Shown: positions 47,058 through 60,412 of the stretch, one piece after another
How the letters are laid out: every line of letters starts with the position of its first letter
Numbering within the stretch: the stretch's first letter is position 1
Program-made: the position numbers and the translations under genes
Notes under the pieces: generated by a model
The model's database searches: none
What the model was told of the DNA's origin: nothing
Seen by the model: only the letters and a program-made list of their open reading frames with translations
NCBI GenBank assembly: GCA_951406725.2
Contig: OX597822.1
Coordinates: forward strand, 52,080,001-52,144,000
Length of the DNA stretch: 64,000 nucleotides
From: Octopus vulgaris
Taxonomy: Eukaryota
Reading direction: 5' to 3'

Positions 47058-47060
<3 letters not shown>
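43274..47060 (+). mobile_element. hAT DNA transposon (ZMYM1-like/DUF4371 type), apparently full length
   Basis: TIRs CAGGGGCGTGC / GCACGCCACTG (10 of 11 match). Inserted in (TA)n, compatible with an 8-bp ATATATAT TSD. Contains a transposase frame, and an empty-site copy lies at 62.2-62.7 kb. Confidence 0.92.
43973..46114 (+). pseudogene. hAT transposase, 713 codons, interrupted by two in-frame stops
   Basis: Three same-frame ORFs joined across TGA (44870-44872) and TAG (45521-45523). Motifs LSFRGH..E..NNRGNY, SILVDETSD, QTYDGA, IHCCAHILNL, TRW and PSTTASVERSFSAL. Confidence 0.9.
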
Positions 47061-47117
<57 letters not shown>

Positions 47118-47264
47118 CATGGTAATAACAGGATTTTTCAGAAATTTCTATTAGCTTTCTTCGAAATACGTGCTTCTTAGTGATAAATTATATGGTTATC
47201 GACGTTGTCTATTTTCGGCATATTTTGGCATTAGAAATTTTTTCTTTTGTCCTTACTTATAAGT

Positions 47265-47335
<71 letters not shown>

Positions 47336-47339
47336 TTTT

Positions 47340-47631
47340 ACTTATTTTACTTTTTACTTTTACTTGTTTCAGTGATTTGACTGCCGCTATGCTGGAGTAC
47401 CGCCTTTAGTCGACCAAATTGACCCCAGAACTTATTCTTTGGAATCCTAGTACTTATTCTAGTGGTCCCTTTTGCCGAACCGCTATGTTACGGGGACGTA
47501 AACACACCAACATCGGCTGTGAAGCGATGTTGGGAGGACAAACACAGACACAAACATATACACACACATACATATATATATACATATATACGACGGGCTT
47601 CTTTCAGTTTCCGTCTACCAAATCTACTCAC
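47340..47631 (-). mobile_element. SINE family B 3' part
   Basis: Homology to 38509-38927. Confidence 0.8.
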
Positions 47632-48257
47632 GGGTTCTTGTGGTGTGAATGAAGATGTGAGAATGTAGTGGTAGTATTAAGTGGATGGAGAGGGAAGAAG
47701 AGCTGTGTATGTTAAAATGAAGAAAGAGGTCAAAGGAAAAGGTGAGAAAAGAAGAAGGAAAGGAATAGGAAGAGAAAATGAAAACAAGATGAGAAAATGA
47801 AAAAAGAAGAGAAAATGAAAAAAGTGTAAGGAAGTGAAAAAAGTGAAAGAAGGAGTGTTAGATGGTGGTCAAGATATTATGAAGGGTAAATGGGAGAGGA
47901 GTAGGGGAGGGTAAGAAGTGATAAGAATGTATGTAGTGAATATGTGTGAGGTGGAGTGATATGTTACAATGGTGTTAAGGAATGGGTACAGACAAAGATA
48001 TAGGAGGAGGGTTTCTAAAGTCAGTAGTAAACCACAAATTGGAAGGGAAGAATACTAAGACTGTCAAGTTTCTATAAATAGATTTATATGCTTATTCAAC
48101 TGGCTAATGTTATAGTATGGAGAGAGGAATCAGAGAGAAGGAAAGAGAGAAGTGTATATCGATATACGCACGCACACATGCACATTTATGTGTGTGTGAA
48201 ATGCATTATTATATAGACTTGCGTACTAGTGTATTTAAACCTGTATGCATGCATGCA

Positions 48258-48319
<62 letters not shown>

Positions 48320-48689
48320 CACACAGATACATATACACGTACAAATATATACGCACATACGTATACATACAGATGCCCATACAAACACATACATGCACAT
48401 CCATACACATATATATATGCGCACACACGCATACCCCTAAATACATGCATAAACGCATACACGTGCGCACATATACACGCCTACATGCACACGTACATAC
48501 ATATTGGAATTTACATACCACGGACAGGAAGCATTTCAACCACTTTCCCTGGATAACGGAACTGTAACTATAACATCTTTATACATTTTTATTTTTATCT
48601 CTACATTCTATTTCCCAATATACTCCTTATTTGCTTCCTTTTCCAAAATAACTCCTCATATTGAACTCTAATATTTCCCTCTATTTAAA

Positions 48690-48920
48690 GGTGACGAGCT
48701 GGCAGAAACGTTAGCACGCCGGGGCGAAATGCGTAGTCGTATTTCGTCTGCCGTTACGTTCGGAGTTCAAATTCCGCCGAGGTCGACTTTGCCTTTCATC
48801 CTTTCGGGGCGATTAAATAAGTACCAGTCACGCAGTGGTTCGATGTAATCAACTTCATCTGTTTGTCTGTCCTTGTTTGTCCTATCTGTGTTTAGCCCCT
48901 TGTGGGTAGTAAAGAAATAA
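48690..48920 (+). mobile_element. SINE family A
   Basis: Homology to the other family A copies. Confidence 0.85.
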
Positions 48921-48944
48921 ATATTTCCCTCTATGTAACCATCT

Positions 48945-49191
48945 CATTTTACTCTTTTACTTGTTTCAATCATTTAACTGTGGCTATGCAGGAGCACCGC
49001 CTTTAGTCGAGCAAATCGACCCCAGGACTTAATCTTTGTAAGCCTAATACTTATTCTATCGGTCTCTTTTGCCGAACCGCTAAGTTACGGGGATGTAAAC
49101 ACAGCAGCATCGGTTATCAAGCGATGTTGGGGGGGACAAACAAACACAGCCACACAAACATACACGCACACACACACACAATATATATATT

Positions 49192-49266
<75 letters not shown>

Positions 49267-49483
49267 ACATATATATATACATATATATATGTATATACAT
49301 ATATATATATACATATATACGACGGGCTTCTTTCAGTTTCCGTGTGCCAAATCCACTCACAAGGCTCTGGTCGGCCCGAGGCGAGTGTAGAAGACACTTG
49401 CCCAAGATGACACGCAGTTGAACTGAACCTGGAACTGTTTGGTTGGTAAGCAAGCTACTTACCACACAGTCACTCCTACGCCT
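48945..49483 (-). mobile_element. SINE family B, full length
   Basis: Reverse-complement homologue of 38509-38927. Confidence 0.85.
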
Positions 49484-49904
49484 ATTTATTTTAAATTACT
49501 TTTTTGAAAAGAGAAAACATTTATTCCCTCTCTCTCCCTCTCACACAAAAAAGAAACCGAAGTGTGTTTGCGCGCGAAAGATTTTTGTTTTCTTTTTCTA
49601 AAACACTGGTATAAAACTGAAAATATTTAGTGGAGAAAAAGTGTGTATTTTGTTGGGATTAATTTATGATTTGACAGCAAAGAAGTAAGTAGTACTTTGT
49701 AGGTAAATTTTTACCTGTCTACTTATACAGACACACACGCCATATATACATATATATATGCATTCATTACGACTTCACAAAAAATATTTTCAGCATAAAA
49801 TACACACAATATACATGTGAACATATTAATCCACATTCTCTATTTATTGAATAACGAACCAAGTAATCCGCACTCTGGAAAGCGTATTTTTGTAAAATGT
49901 TGAG

Positions 49905-50410
49905 AGTGGTGGGGTAAAATTTCCCTGTGTTCCACGCCCCACCCTCTGTTTTTCGGACCAAAAATGGGTTTTGTGGCATATTAGGAGGTCACCGTAATTC
50001 ATTCAACGAAAAAAGAACATCCAATGATTCCAAGATGGAGGATCCGGCTTCTCTCCCCATCTTTTTTCCGAAAAAATCATGGGGTTTTCTGCATATTAGG
50101 AGGTCAGAGTACATGATTCCATGAAAAAAATTCGAATTTCTTTTTTCTTAGTGAAAATCGTGCGGGTGTACTTCCCAATGAGAACGGGGAGGTGAAATTT
50201 CCACGGGTTCCACCCCGTTTTCCGGACCAAAAAAGCATTTTGTGGCATATTAGGTCACTGTAATTCATTCAACGAAAATATAAAATATTCCAATGATTCC
50301 GGAATGGATGGGGTCCAGTTTTCCCCACCCCTTTTTTTCCGATTTCCCTTAATTCCATGCGAAAAATCCGAGTTTTTTTTTCTTGGTGAAACTCGTGAGG
50401 GTGAAAGTAT
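49905..50410 (+). repeat. Diverged ~280-bp tandem duplication
   Basis: cggaccaaaaa..ttttgtggcatattagg..gtaattcattcaacgaaaa..tccaatgattcc occurs at ~49950 and ~50222. Confidence 0.8.
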
Positions 50411-50886
50411 CGAAATTTAACCAAATTTTGGAAGAACGACAATAGGTAACCTAGCAATTCATTGTTGAACATTGGAATTAGTGCGATATTTACCAGTTTA
50501 TTGATTTTGCTCAAATTCTCTAAAAATATTAGTTTCAAATTTTGGCACAAGGCCAACAATTTCGGAGAAGGGGTTAAGTCGATAACATCGAACTCAGTAC
50601 TCAACGGGTACTTATTTTATCGACCCCGAAAGGATGAAAGGCGAAGTGGATATCGGTGGAATTTGAACTCAGAACATGAAGACGAAATGTCGCCAACCAT
50701 TTTCCCTGGCGTAAACATCGTGTCTATTCCTTAGAACAAGGAAGCAGTCCGCGAAAAGTTCTTAAATTAAAAGTTTAATTGAAGTTAACTTTCTTTGTGT
50801 ATTTCCTAATGGCCAGTTTCAGCACGCGATCTCAGATCAAAACAATATATAGGCAAGTACACATGTAAATAGGTGTGTATATGTGT

Positions 50887-50918
<32 letters not shown>

Positions 50919-51180
50919 GTGAGAGAGAGAGAGAGAAAGAGAGAGAGAGAATAGTATGCAGTTCTGGGTTAGCTCCCGGATATGGAGCGTGAATGTTATG
51001 ACTATAGTCGAAATGTCTCCCAACGAACAATTTGCTTTAAAATAAAATTTACTTATTTGTCACCCCAGAAAATAGCTTCATACGGAACTAGGAACTAGTA
51101 TATATTGATATGTGTACTTTATGAAAATTACAAAGGGTTTAACCCCTTCTTTTTTCGATATTCATATTTAAACACACTAA

Positions 51181-51735
51181 GGCGGCGAGCTGGCAGGAAC
51201 GTTAGCACGCCGGCCGAAATGCGTAGCCGTATTTCATTTGCCGTTACGTTCTGAGTTCAAATTCCGCCGAGGTAAACTTTGCCTTTCATCCTTTCGGGGT
51301 CGATAAATTAAGTGCCTGTTACGCACTGGGATCGATGTAAACGACTTAATCCCTTTGTTTGTCCTTGTTTGTCCCCTCTGTGTTTAACCCCTTGTGGGCA
51401 GTAAAGAAATAGGTATTTCGTCTGCCGCTACGTTCTGAGTTCAAATTCCGCTGAGGTCGACTTTGCCTTTCATCCTTTCGGGGTCGATAAACTAAATACC
51501 AGTTACACACTGGGTTCGATGTAATCAACTTAATCCCTTTGTCTGTCCATGTTTGTCCCCTCTATGTTTAGCCCCTTGTGGACAATAAAGAAATAAGAAA
51601 ATTTAGCACGCAGGGTCAAATGATTATCGACATTTTGATCCGTCTTTACGTTCTGGGTTCAAATTTCGCAGGGTTCGACCTTGCCTTTCATCCTTTCGGA
51701 AAAGATAAAATAAGTACCAGTTGAACACTGCAGTT
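51181..51735 (+). mobile_element. SINE family A tandem trimer
   Basis: One full unit plus two head-truncated units. Confidence 0.85.
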
Positions 51736-51958
51736 GTAAAATGTATTGTAAACAACCTATTTGTTGATGACTTCATTTGCCTGAAGTCCTCACTTTTGAG
51801 ATTGTTAACATTTGTTAACGATAAGAAGCTTGCTTCTCAACCACATGGTTCCGGGTTCAGTCCCACTGCGAAGCACCTTGAACAACTGTCATCTACTATA
51901 GCCTCGGGCTGACCAAAGCCTTGTAAATGGATTTGGTAATTTGGTAGAAGGATCCCGT

Positions 51959-51995
<37 letters not shown>

Positions 51996-51998
51996 GTG

Positions 51999-53180
51999 CT
52001 AGCAGTATAGCCCGGCGTTGCTCGGGTTTGTTTTTTAGTTGCGCTTAAAACAGCAGACTTTGATGTCGCGTTAACAAGGTTTTGCCATAGTTTCAATCTA
52101 TGAATAAAAGTATAGTGTGGCGATCCTCGAGTTTGCCCTGAATGTGCTGCAAATGTGTAATGCCGACTTCAATTATTGGTACTCTTAGCTAATATTCCTA
52201 CTATTAACATTATGGAGAAAACAATTTACCCGTAGATTTAAAGGAAAATGAAGCTCAAGTTTCGAACTGCACAGAAAATCTATTAAGAAGTTAACACTGC
52301 AACAGTATTCATTAAGAAAAAGTACACAGCAGTAAAAAAAATCGTAGAACATAGGGCTTTTCATAGAAAAAGAAGCACCTTTGTGATGTAAATAATTTTT
52401 GGTCTTAACATGGTTCGATTTGAATTTTTTCTTCTACGGAATGAAGAGCAAGCCTTCTATCATACTCTCAGTTTTGGTCAACTTGCGTCGCAGGGGCTCG
52501 GAGGAGATAGTGTTAGTTGAAGGCTACCAAACCTGCCACACACACACACACAGCTTCAGCTTTATAGATATAGATTCATTCAGATAAACAGTTAATATAA
52601 GGCAATGCATAGTATAGTCGCTGATGAATTATGGTTACAGCACTTCGCGATAGACAACGTTCTTTGTTCTTCCAGATGGAGCCAAAGCAAATAGGTTGTT
52701 CTGACTACCGACTCGGGAACATCCAACGTATAATTGTCCATGTGAGAAACATGGCTCCTGCAAGTGAAGCCCTGCCACGGATAATGTCTGACCCTGTGGT
52801 TTGTTTATGGACATGGCAAATACAACACGTAGGGGAAACTGTGTCCTTCTGAAACAGTAGGGTGCATCAGCTCCTGATGTCGTAAGTGTAATCTTAGTTA
52901 TTAAAACGTCCTCTCTCTTTCCAGAACCGGGAAGAATTTTGTAGACAAATTATTAACATTAGTTATCTCCCTTGCACTGTGTTGAAGCTCAAGTTTCAAA
53001 CTGCACTGATTTTTGATGTAAATAATTTTTGGTCTTAACATGGTCCGGAATGAAGAACAAGCCTTCATCTATCATACTCTCAATTTTGGTCAACTTGCGC
53101 CGCAGGGTCTCGGAGGAGATAGTGTTAGTTGAAGGCTACCAAACCTTCCACACACACAACTTCAGCTTTATAGATATATA
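51999..53180 (-). mobile_element. Composite Helitron with two 5' termini and a helicase fragment
   Basis: 3' hairpin plus CTAG at 51999-52026. The 5' terminal block is duplicated (52385-52574 and 53015-53180). Confidence 0.75.
52635..52940 (-). pseudogene. Helitron RepHel Pif1-type helicase C-terminal fragment (absent from the ORF track)
   Basis: Open frame ...FRRTQFPLRVVFAMSINKPQGQTLSVAGLHLQEPCFSHGQLYVGCSRVGSQNNLFALAPSGRTKNVVYREVL*, matching Pif1 helicase C-terminal motifs. Confidence 0.9.
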
Positions 53181-53593
53181 TATATGTGTGTGTGTATGTG
53201 TGTGTTTGTCTGCATCCCCCCTCGCCATCGCTTGACAACCGATGCTAGTGCATTTATGTCCCCGTAACTTAGCGGTTCGGCAATTTCTATTGCCGATAGA
53301 ATAAGTACTAGGCTTACAAAGAATAAGTTCTGGGGTAGATTTCTTCGACTAAAACCCTTTATGTCAGTGTTCTAGCATGGCCATAGTCAAATGACTGAAA
53401 CAAGTAAAAGAATTTTTAAAAAATTAAACATTACCATAATTCACCAAGAATTATTGGTATAAATATAAATTTATAATCAGTCTAAAGAAGCTACAGGTTT
53501 TGAAGCAGTTGTCTACAAATATTCCCTTTGGAAGAGATGTTCATCAATGCAGGGTCGTTGACCGGCATGAAAGTTTAAGAAAGTTTTTCTCCC

Positions 53594-53830
53594 GCAGCTC
53601 AGTGGTTAGGGTGTCAGCATCATGATCGTAAGGTTGTAGTTTCGATTCCTGGACCGGACGACTCGTTGTGTTCTTCATTTCACATTGCTCCAGTCCACTC
53701 AGCTGGCAAAAATGAGTAACGCTGCGATGGGCTGGCGTCCCGTACAGCTGGGGAACACATATGCCATAGAAACCGGGAAACCGGGCCCATGAGCCTGGCT
53801 AGGCTTTAAGAGGGCGCATTTATTTATTTT
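53594..53830 (+). mobile_element. SINE family D
   Basis: Homology to 8857-9112. Confidence 0.8.
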
Positions 53831-54034
53831 TTATATAATTATATCAAATCTTTTACGTTTGCATTTTCGCGGCTGAGTTGAAATTTTGTTTATATTGGAA
53901 ATAGATTAGAAATACTAAAATGTAAATAAGAAATAACTCAGCCTAAAAGTTAAATGGATAACTCGGTTGACTATCATTCTAATGAAAAAAATTAAATTTA
54001 TAGATTAAACAACGAAATTGTGGTAGATATATGT

Positions 54035-54040
54035 TTTATT
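54035..54040 (-). terminator. Candidate polyadenylation signal AATAAA
   Basis: tttatt on the plus strand, ~60 nt past the predicted TGA. The AT-rich context lowers specificity. Confidence 0.5.
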
Positions 54041-54101
54041 TTAAAAAATTATATTTGAGGTATCACAATTATTGAAATTATCAAAATAAATTAATAGTTC
54101 T

Positions 54102-54119
54102 TCATCCGTACTGTTGTTT
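54102..54119 (-). CDS. Exon 3 (terminal): KQQYG-stop
   Basis: Acceptor ttattttattgcag|AAA CAA CAG TAC GGA TGA in phase 0, followed by AATAAA ~60 nt downstream. Spliced CDS is 58+3488+18 = 3564 nt (1187 aa + stop). Confidence 0.72.
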   Translation of the reverse strand, partial: KQQYG

Positions 54120-54714
54120 CTGCAATAAAATAAATTTGCAAGAAATTAATATATTTATCGGACTGGATATACACATTGTATTTCAAATTTAGTATGACTA
54201 AGTACAATACAAAATTTAAATTTGAACAATTATACATTATAGATTAAATATCACATGATTATACAAAGTATTAAAAATTCATCAGAGCCCCAGATTTTAA
54301 AGCCCAATTCACACTCTCATAAGCTATATCCTGAAATATCCTGAATATAGAATACTTCACAAATGTATCTCCAAAGAGTCTGTATCACTATTTAAACAGT
54401 TGAAAAATAAATATTTCTTAAATAAACATAAATATTTCTAACATTAAGAGCAATGTCGTGCAAATTTTACATAAGTGTCAATAACATTAAATTGAAAATT
54501 GTAAGACAACCATTTCTTCCATATATATTATTGAATGTATGCATATATATGAAAAAACTTAGAAGAGAAAAGTTTGTATGCTAAATATCATCTAATTGCT
54601 GGGTGATTATTTTCTGTTTAATATGAGAAATAAAATAGGGGTTGCAAAGGGTAAAGGATGGATTAAATTAGTTACGTTAGGGACAGTAAAACACTAATAA
54701 AACACTTTACTCAC

Positions 54715-57700
54715 CTGACGATAGCAGTCATACTTGGTACACTTGACCTTCCCAATCGAACATCGACAAACATTGCACTTATCTTGACTCATGAACATTT
54801 CTCCATCTTTGTAAGATTTTCCATAATACTGGCATGTTGTCGGGGGGCAGTACATTTTAGTACAGCTTATTTGACCAAACTGTCCACATCTACAAGTATT
54901 GCAGGCATCTTTAAATGTTTCACCGACAGAATAAGTTTTTCCTTTATGTATACAGGACTTACGGCATGGTTTTTGCTCACAATCGACTTTCCCATCGGAG
55001 TTGCACTGACATTTGTTGCAATCATTATACCATACAGAACCAATTTCATAAATTTTACCGTTGTAATTACAGGAACAAGGTAATTCAGTGCAGCTAACCG
55101 CACCATTATATTGACAAGTACAAGTATTGCAGCCATCTTTGAATTGATTTCCGAAATTATAAACATTATTTTTATAAGTACAGGGACATGGGTTTGTTGT
55201 GCAGTCTACTGTCCCATCGGTTTTGCATGTGCACGTATTACAGTCCTTTCTAAATGTTTCTCCTACTTTATATATCTGGTTGTTGTACTTACATTCACAA
55301 ACATTGGTTGTACATCGGACAAATCCAGTTGCTAAACATTCGCATTCATTGCAACCGTCCGTATATCTCTTACCAATTCCATAAGTTTGTCCTTTATAAG
55401 TACAGCGGCAGGGTGTGATTTTACAATCAACTTGTCCGTTATTTTTACATTTGCAAATATTACAACCATCACTGAACACTTCTCCGAAATTATAAACATT
55501 ATTTTTATAAGTACAGGGACATGGGTTTGTTGTGCAGTCTGCTGTCCCATCGTCTTTGCATGTGCACTTATTACAGTCCTTTCTAAATGTATTACCTATG
55601 TTGTACTTGATTCCATTGGAAATACAGTAACACGGCTTATTTGTACAGCTTACTCTACCGTTCGTTTCACACCTGCATGTATTACAGCCCTGTTTAAATG
55701 TTTCTCCTACTTTATAAATCTGGTTGTTGTACTTACATTCACAATCATTGGTTGAACATCGGACATATCCAGTTGCTAAACATTCGCATTGATTGCAATC
55801 GTCCGAAAATCTATTACCAATTCCATAAGTTTGTCCATTATAAGTACAGCGGCAGGGTCTGTTTGTACAATCAACTTGTCCGTTACGTTTACATTTGCAA
55901 GTATTGCAATCATCCTTGAACTCTGCTCCGAAATTATAAACATTATTTTTATAAGTACAGGTACATGGGTTTGTTGTGCAGTCTTCTGACCCATCGGCTT
56001 TGCATGTGCACGTATTACAGTCCTTTCTAAATGTATTACCTATGTTGTACTTGATTCCATTGTAAACACAGTAACACGGCTTATTTGTACAGCTTACTCT
56101 ACCGTTCGGTTCACACGTGCATGTATTACAGCCCTGTGGAAATGTTTGACCTACATTATATATCTGGTTGTTGTAATTACATCGACAAACCTTGGTTGAA
56201 CATCGGACATATCCAGTTGCTAAACATTCGCATTCATTGCAATCGTCCGAAAATTTTTTGCCAATTCCATAAGTTTGTCCTTTATGAGTACAGCGGCAGG
56301 GTCTGTTTGTACAATCAACTTGTCCGTTATTTTTACATTTGCAAGTATTACAATCATCCTTGAACTCTGCTCCGAAATCATAAACATTATATTTATAAGT
56401 ACAGGTACATGGGTTTGTTGTGCAGTCTACTGACCCATCGGCTTTGCATGTGCACGTATTACAGTCCTTTCTAAATGTATTACCTATGTTGTACTTGATT
56501 CCATTGTAAACACAGTAACACGGCTTATTTGTACAGCTTACTCTACCGTTCGGTTCACACGTGCATGTATTACAGCCTTGTGGAAATGTTTGACCAACAT
56601 TATATATCTGGTTGTTGTAATTACATCGACAAACCTTGGTTGAACATCGGACATATCCAGTTGCTAAACATTCGCATTCATTGCAATCGTCCGAAAATCT
56701 ATTACCAATTCCATAATTTTGTCCTTTATGAGTACAGCGGCAGGGGTTGTTTGTACAATCAACTTGTCCGTTATTTTTACATTTGCAAGTATTGCAATCA
56801 TCCTTGAACTCTGCTCCGAAATTATAAACATTATTTTTATAAGTACAGGTACATGGGTTTGTTGTGCAGTCTACTGACCCATCGGCTTTGCATGTGCACG
56901 TATTACAGTCCTTTCTAAATGTATTACCTATGTTGTACTTGATTCCATTGTAAACACAGTAACACGGCTTATTTGTACAGCTTACTCTACCGTTCGGTTC
57001 ACACGTGCATGTATTACAGCCCTGTGGAAATGTTTGACCTACATTATATATCTGGTTGTTGTAATTACATCGACAAACCTTGGTTGAACATCGGACAAAT
57101 CCAGTAGCTAAACATTCGCATTCATTGCAATCGTCCGAAAATTTGCTACCAATTCCATAAGTTTGTCCTTTATGAGTACAGCGGCAGGGGTTGTTTGTAC
57201 AATCAACTTGTCCGTTATTTTTACATTTGCAAGTATTACAATCATCCATGAACACTGCTCCGAAATTATAAACATTATTTTTATAAGTACAGGTACATGA
57301 GTTTGTTGTGCAGTCTACAGTCCCACCGGCTTTGCATGTGCACGTATTACAGTCCTTTTTAAATGTTGTCCCTATTTCGTAGGTGTTTCCATTGTATATA
57401 CACTTACATGGTTTGTTAGAGCACTGCACAATACCGCTTCTTAAACATTCACATTGGTTACAATCATTACTGAATGTTTGTCCAACTCGGTATGTCTGTC
57501 CTTGATAAGTACATTGACAAATTTTCTTTGTACATTCTAACTGACCGTTGTCTCTACAATAGCAAATGTTACAATCCCCTTCAAATTTCTGGCCCACACT
57601 TAATACTCTTCCTCTGAAGTAACACTTACAAATTTTGCTAGTACATTTAACCTGACCATTGTTCAAACATTCGCAAGTATTGCAATCATCAGTGAAGGTT

Positions 57701-58202
57701 TGGCCGATTTGATATTGTACATTTTTATAAGGACATCCACATCTATCACTGTTACACTGCACTATTCCTGTAGTTTGACAAGTGCAAGTCTTACAGCCAT
57801 CGTTAAAACTCTCTCCAATATTGTAGTCTTTACCATTGTATTGGCACTGACACACATTATTGGTACACTGAACATATCCAGAAGAAAGACATTTACATTT
57901 ATTACAGTTGTCATTGAATTCTTCACCTTCTTGGTACTGTTTTTCTTTATAAGTACATCGTTTAGGACAGTCTTTGTTGTCACATTTTATCTGGCCATCA
58001 TAGTTGCATTTACATGTATTACAAGACTGCTGGAATGTCTGTCCTACTCTGTAACGTCTGCCTTGATATGTACATGAAGGCCCCTTCCCATAACCACAAC
58101 GTAAATTTGAACAAATTGCTTTGTTATTTGTGTCACATACACACGTGTTGCAGTCGATCTTAAATACTCCTGTATACTTCTTTCCATTATATGTACATTC
58201 GT
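54715..58202 (-). CDS. Exon 2: 31 tandem ~37-aa six-cysteine modules (pacifastin-like / N-terminal half of VWC; such proteins are often auto-annotated kielin/chordin-like)
   Basis: Open 3.5-kb frame with repeat consensus CxYxGxxYxxGxxFxxDCNxCxCxxxGxVxCTxxxC. Acceptor tttctcttctttacag|AC at 58203-58204 and donor CAG|GTGAGT at 54714-54713. Confidence 0.95.
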
Positions 58203-58493
58203 CTGTAAAGAAGAGAAACAATAATTATTTCAATCAACAACTACACTGTTCCTGAAAGAAGAACATGTTATATATTCTAGCGTAAGTATGTGATTATGAT
58301 ATATCTATAAATTCTCAAAGAATAATGTCGAGCGACATTATTCTTTAGAAATGGTTGGGATGTACAGCCCGAAATATACAGATACTTTGCAGTATGTATC
58401 CGAAAACCAGTTTTCAGATATCGTGATGATGAGAACTTTATTATGTTGACGCAAACACATACAGGCTAATAAAACACGCATAACTGTACATAC

Positions 58494-58558
<65 letters not shown>

Positions 58559-58721
58559 GTTATGCTAAATTCTAGGAGATAAAGAACTCAGTACGCGCGT
58601 AGAGTATAAAGTTGCAATAACTCGTCTGCATCTCCATCTATCTTTCTGTTTATCACTATATATGTACGTGTATATATATATTTGTATATATCTATATATA
58701 TATATATATATATATATATGT

Positions 58722-58840
<119 letters not shown>

Positions 58841-59429
58841 CAAATGATAGAAAATGCAACACAAGGGAAACTTTGTTACTTACAACGATCGGTTCGAAAC
58901 ATCCTGTATCAGTATGGGAGAGTAATCGAGGCAGATTTAACAAAAGGTGATATGTGGTCAGGAAGCGTCGAAGTATACGTGCTAGTCCGACTGACCTTAC
59001 AAAGACCATAGAACCATACCGAGACACAAAGAAAACAGGTAAGAAGGATCAATTCCTTTTAACCAGCATTGAAATCTCCTCTCAGGAAAATAAACAGAAA
59101 ACCAACTGACAAAATTACGCATCTATGGAGTACCGACCTCCTCAAAGAAATTAGAATCATACAAAAACAATAAGTTACATAAAGTAATTAACATGTAAAA
59201 TATTACTAGCAAAATTAACATTAAGACATTATATCCAACTTGAAAAAGAATATCCTCAAGACGTTGCTATTTTTGAACCTTAAATATCTCAAAAATGTTC
59301 ACTGCTGTATTCGGTCGCTTGTAAAATAGTTTTAGCGAACGGGATCGGAATATCTTTCATATCCTACTTCTTTAAACGATATCATGTTTTAATTACTGCT
59401 TTATTATACTTTATTTATGTCTGTGAAAA

Positions 59430-59940
<511 letters not shown>

Positions 59941-60190
59941 GATGGCCGTACAAGCAAGATTAAATGACTTAAACAAAATTACAGAGGAAATAATTTTTAC
60001 TAGTGTATGTGAGGCTGAAAGTAGTAGTGGAGGGTATGCTTCCTATATGCTATGTATTTGGGGAGAAAGACCACATGAAGGCAAGGTGTCCCCAAAAAGA
60101 GGAGGAGCAACGGATGGAATAGCCTGAAGAATAAGAGAAGGAAGACGAAGTGGTGCTAGAGGGTGTGAAGGAGACGGTAGTAACAGAAGA

Positions 60191-60412
60191 GGCGGCGAGC
60201 TGGCAGAAACGTTATCACCCCGGGCGAAATGTGAAACCTTATTTCGTCTGCCGTTACGTTATGAGTTCAAATTCCGCCGAGGTCGACTTTGCCTTTCATC
60301 CTGTCGGAGTACCAGTTATTCACTGGGGTCGGTAAAATCGACTTAATCCGTTGGTCTGTCCTTGTTTGTTCTCTCTGTGTTTAGCCCCTTGTGGGTAGTA
60401 AAGTAATAGGTA
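60191..60412 (+). mobile_element. SINE family A in intron 1 of the repeat-protein gene
   Basis: Homology to the other family A copies. Confidence 0.85.

Noticed and set aside
58203-58221. Track start MFLFFT of the 1175-aa ORF
   Set aside because: This is the intron polypyrimidine tract and acceptor; the true start is better placed at 61852.
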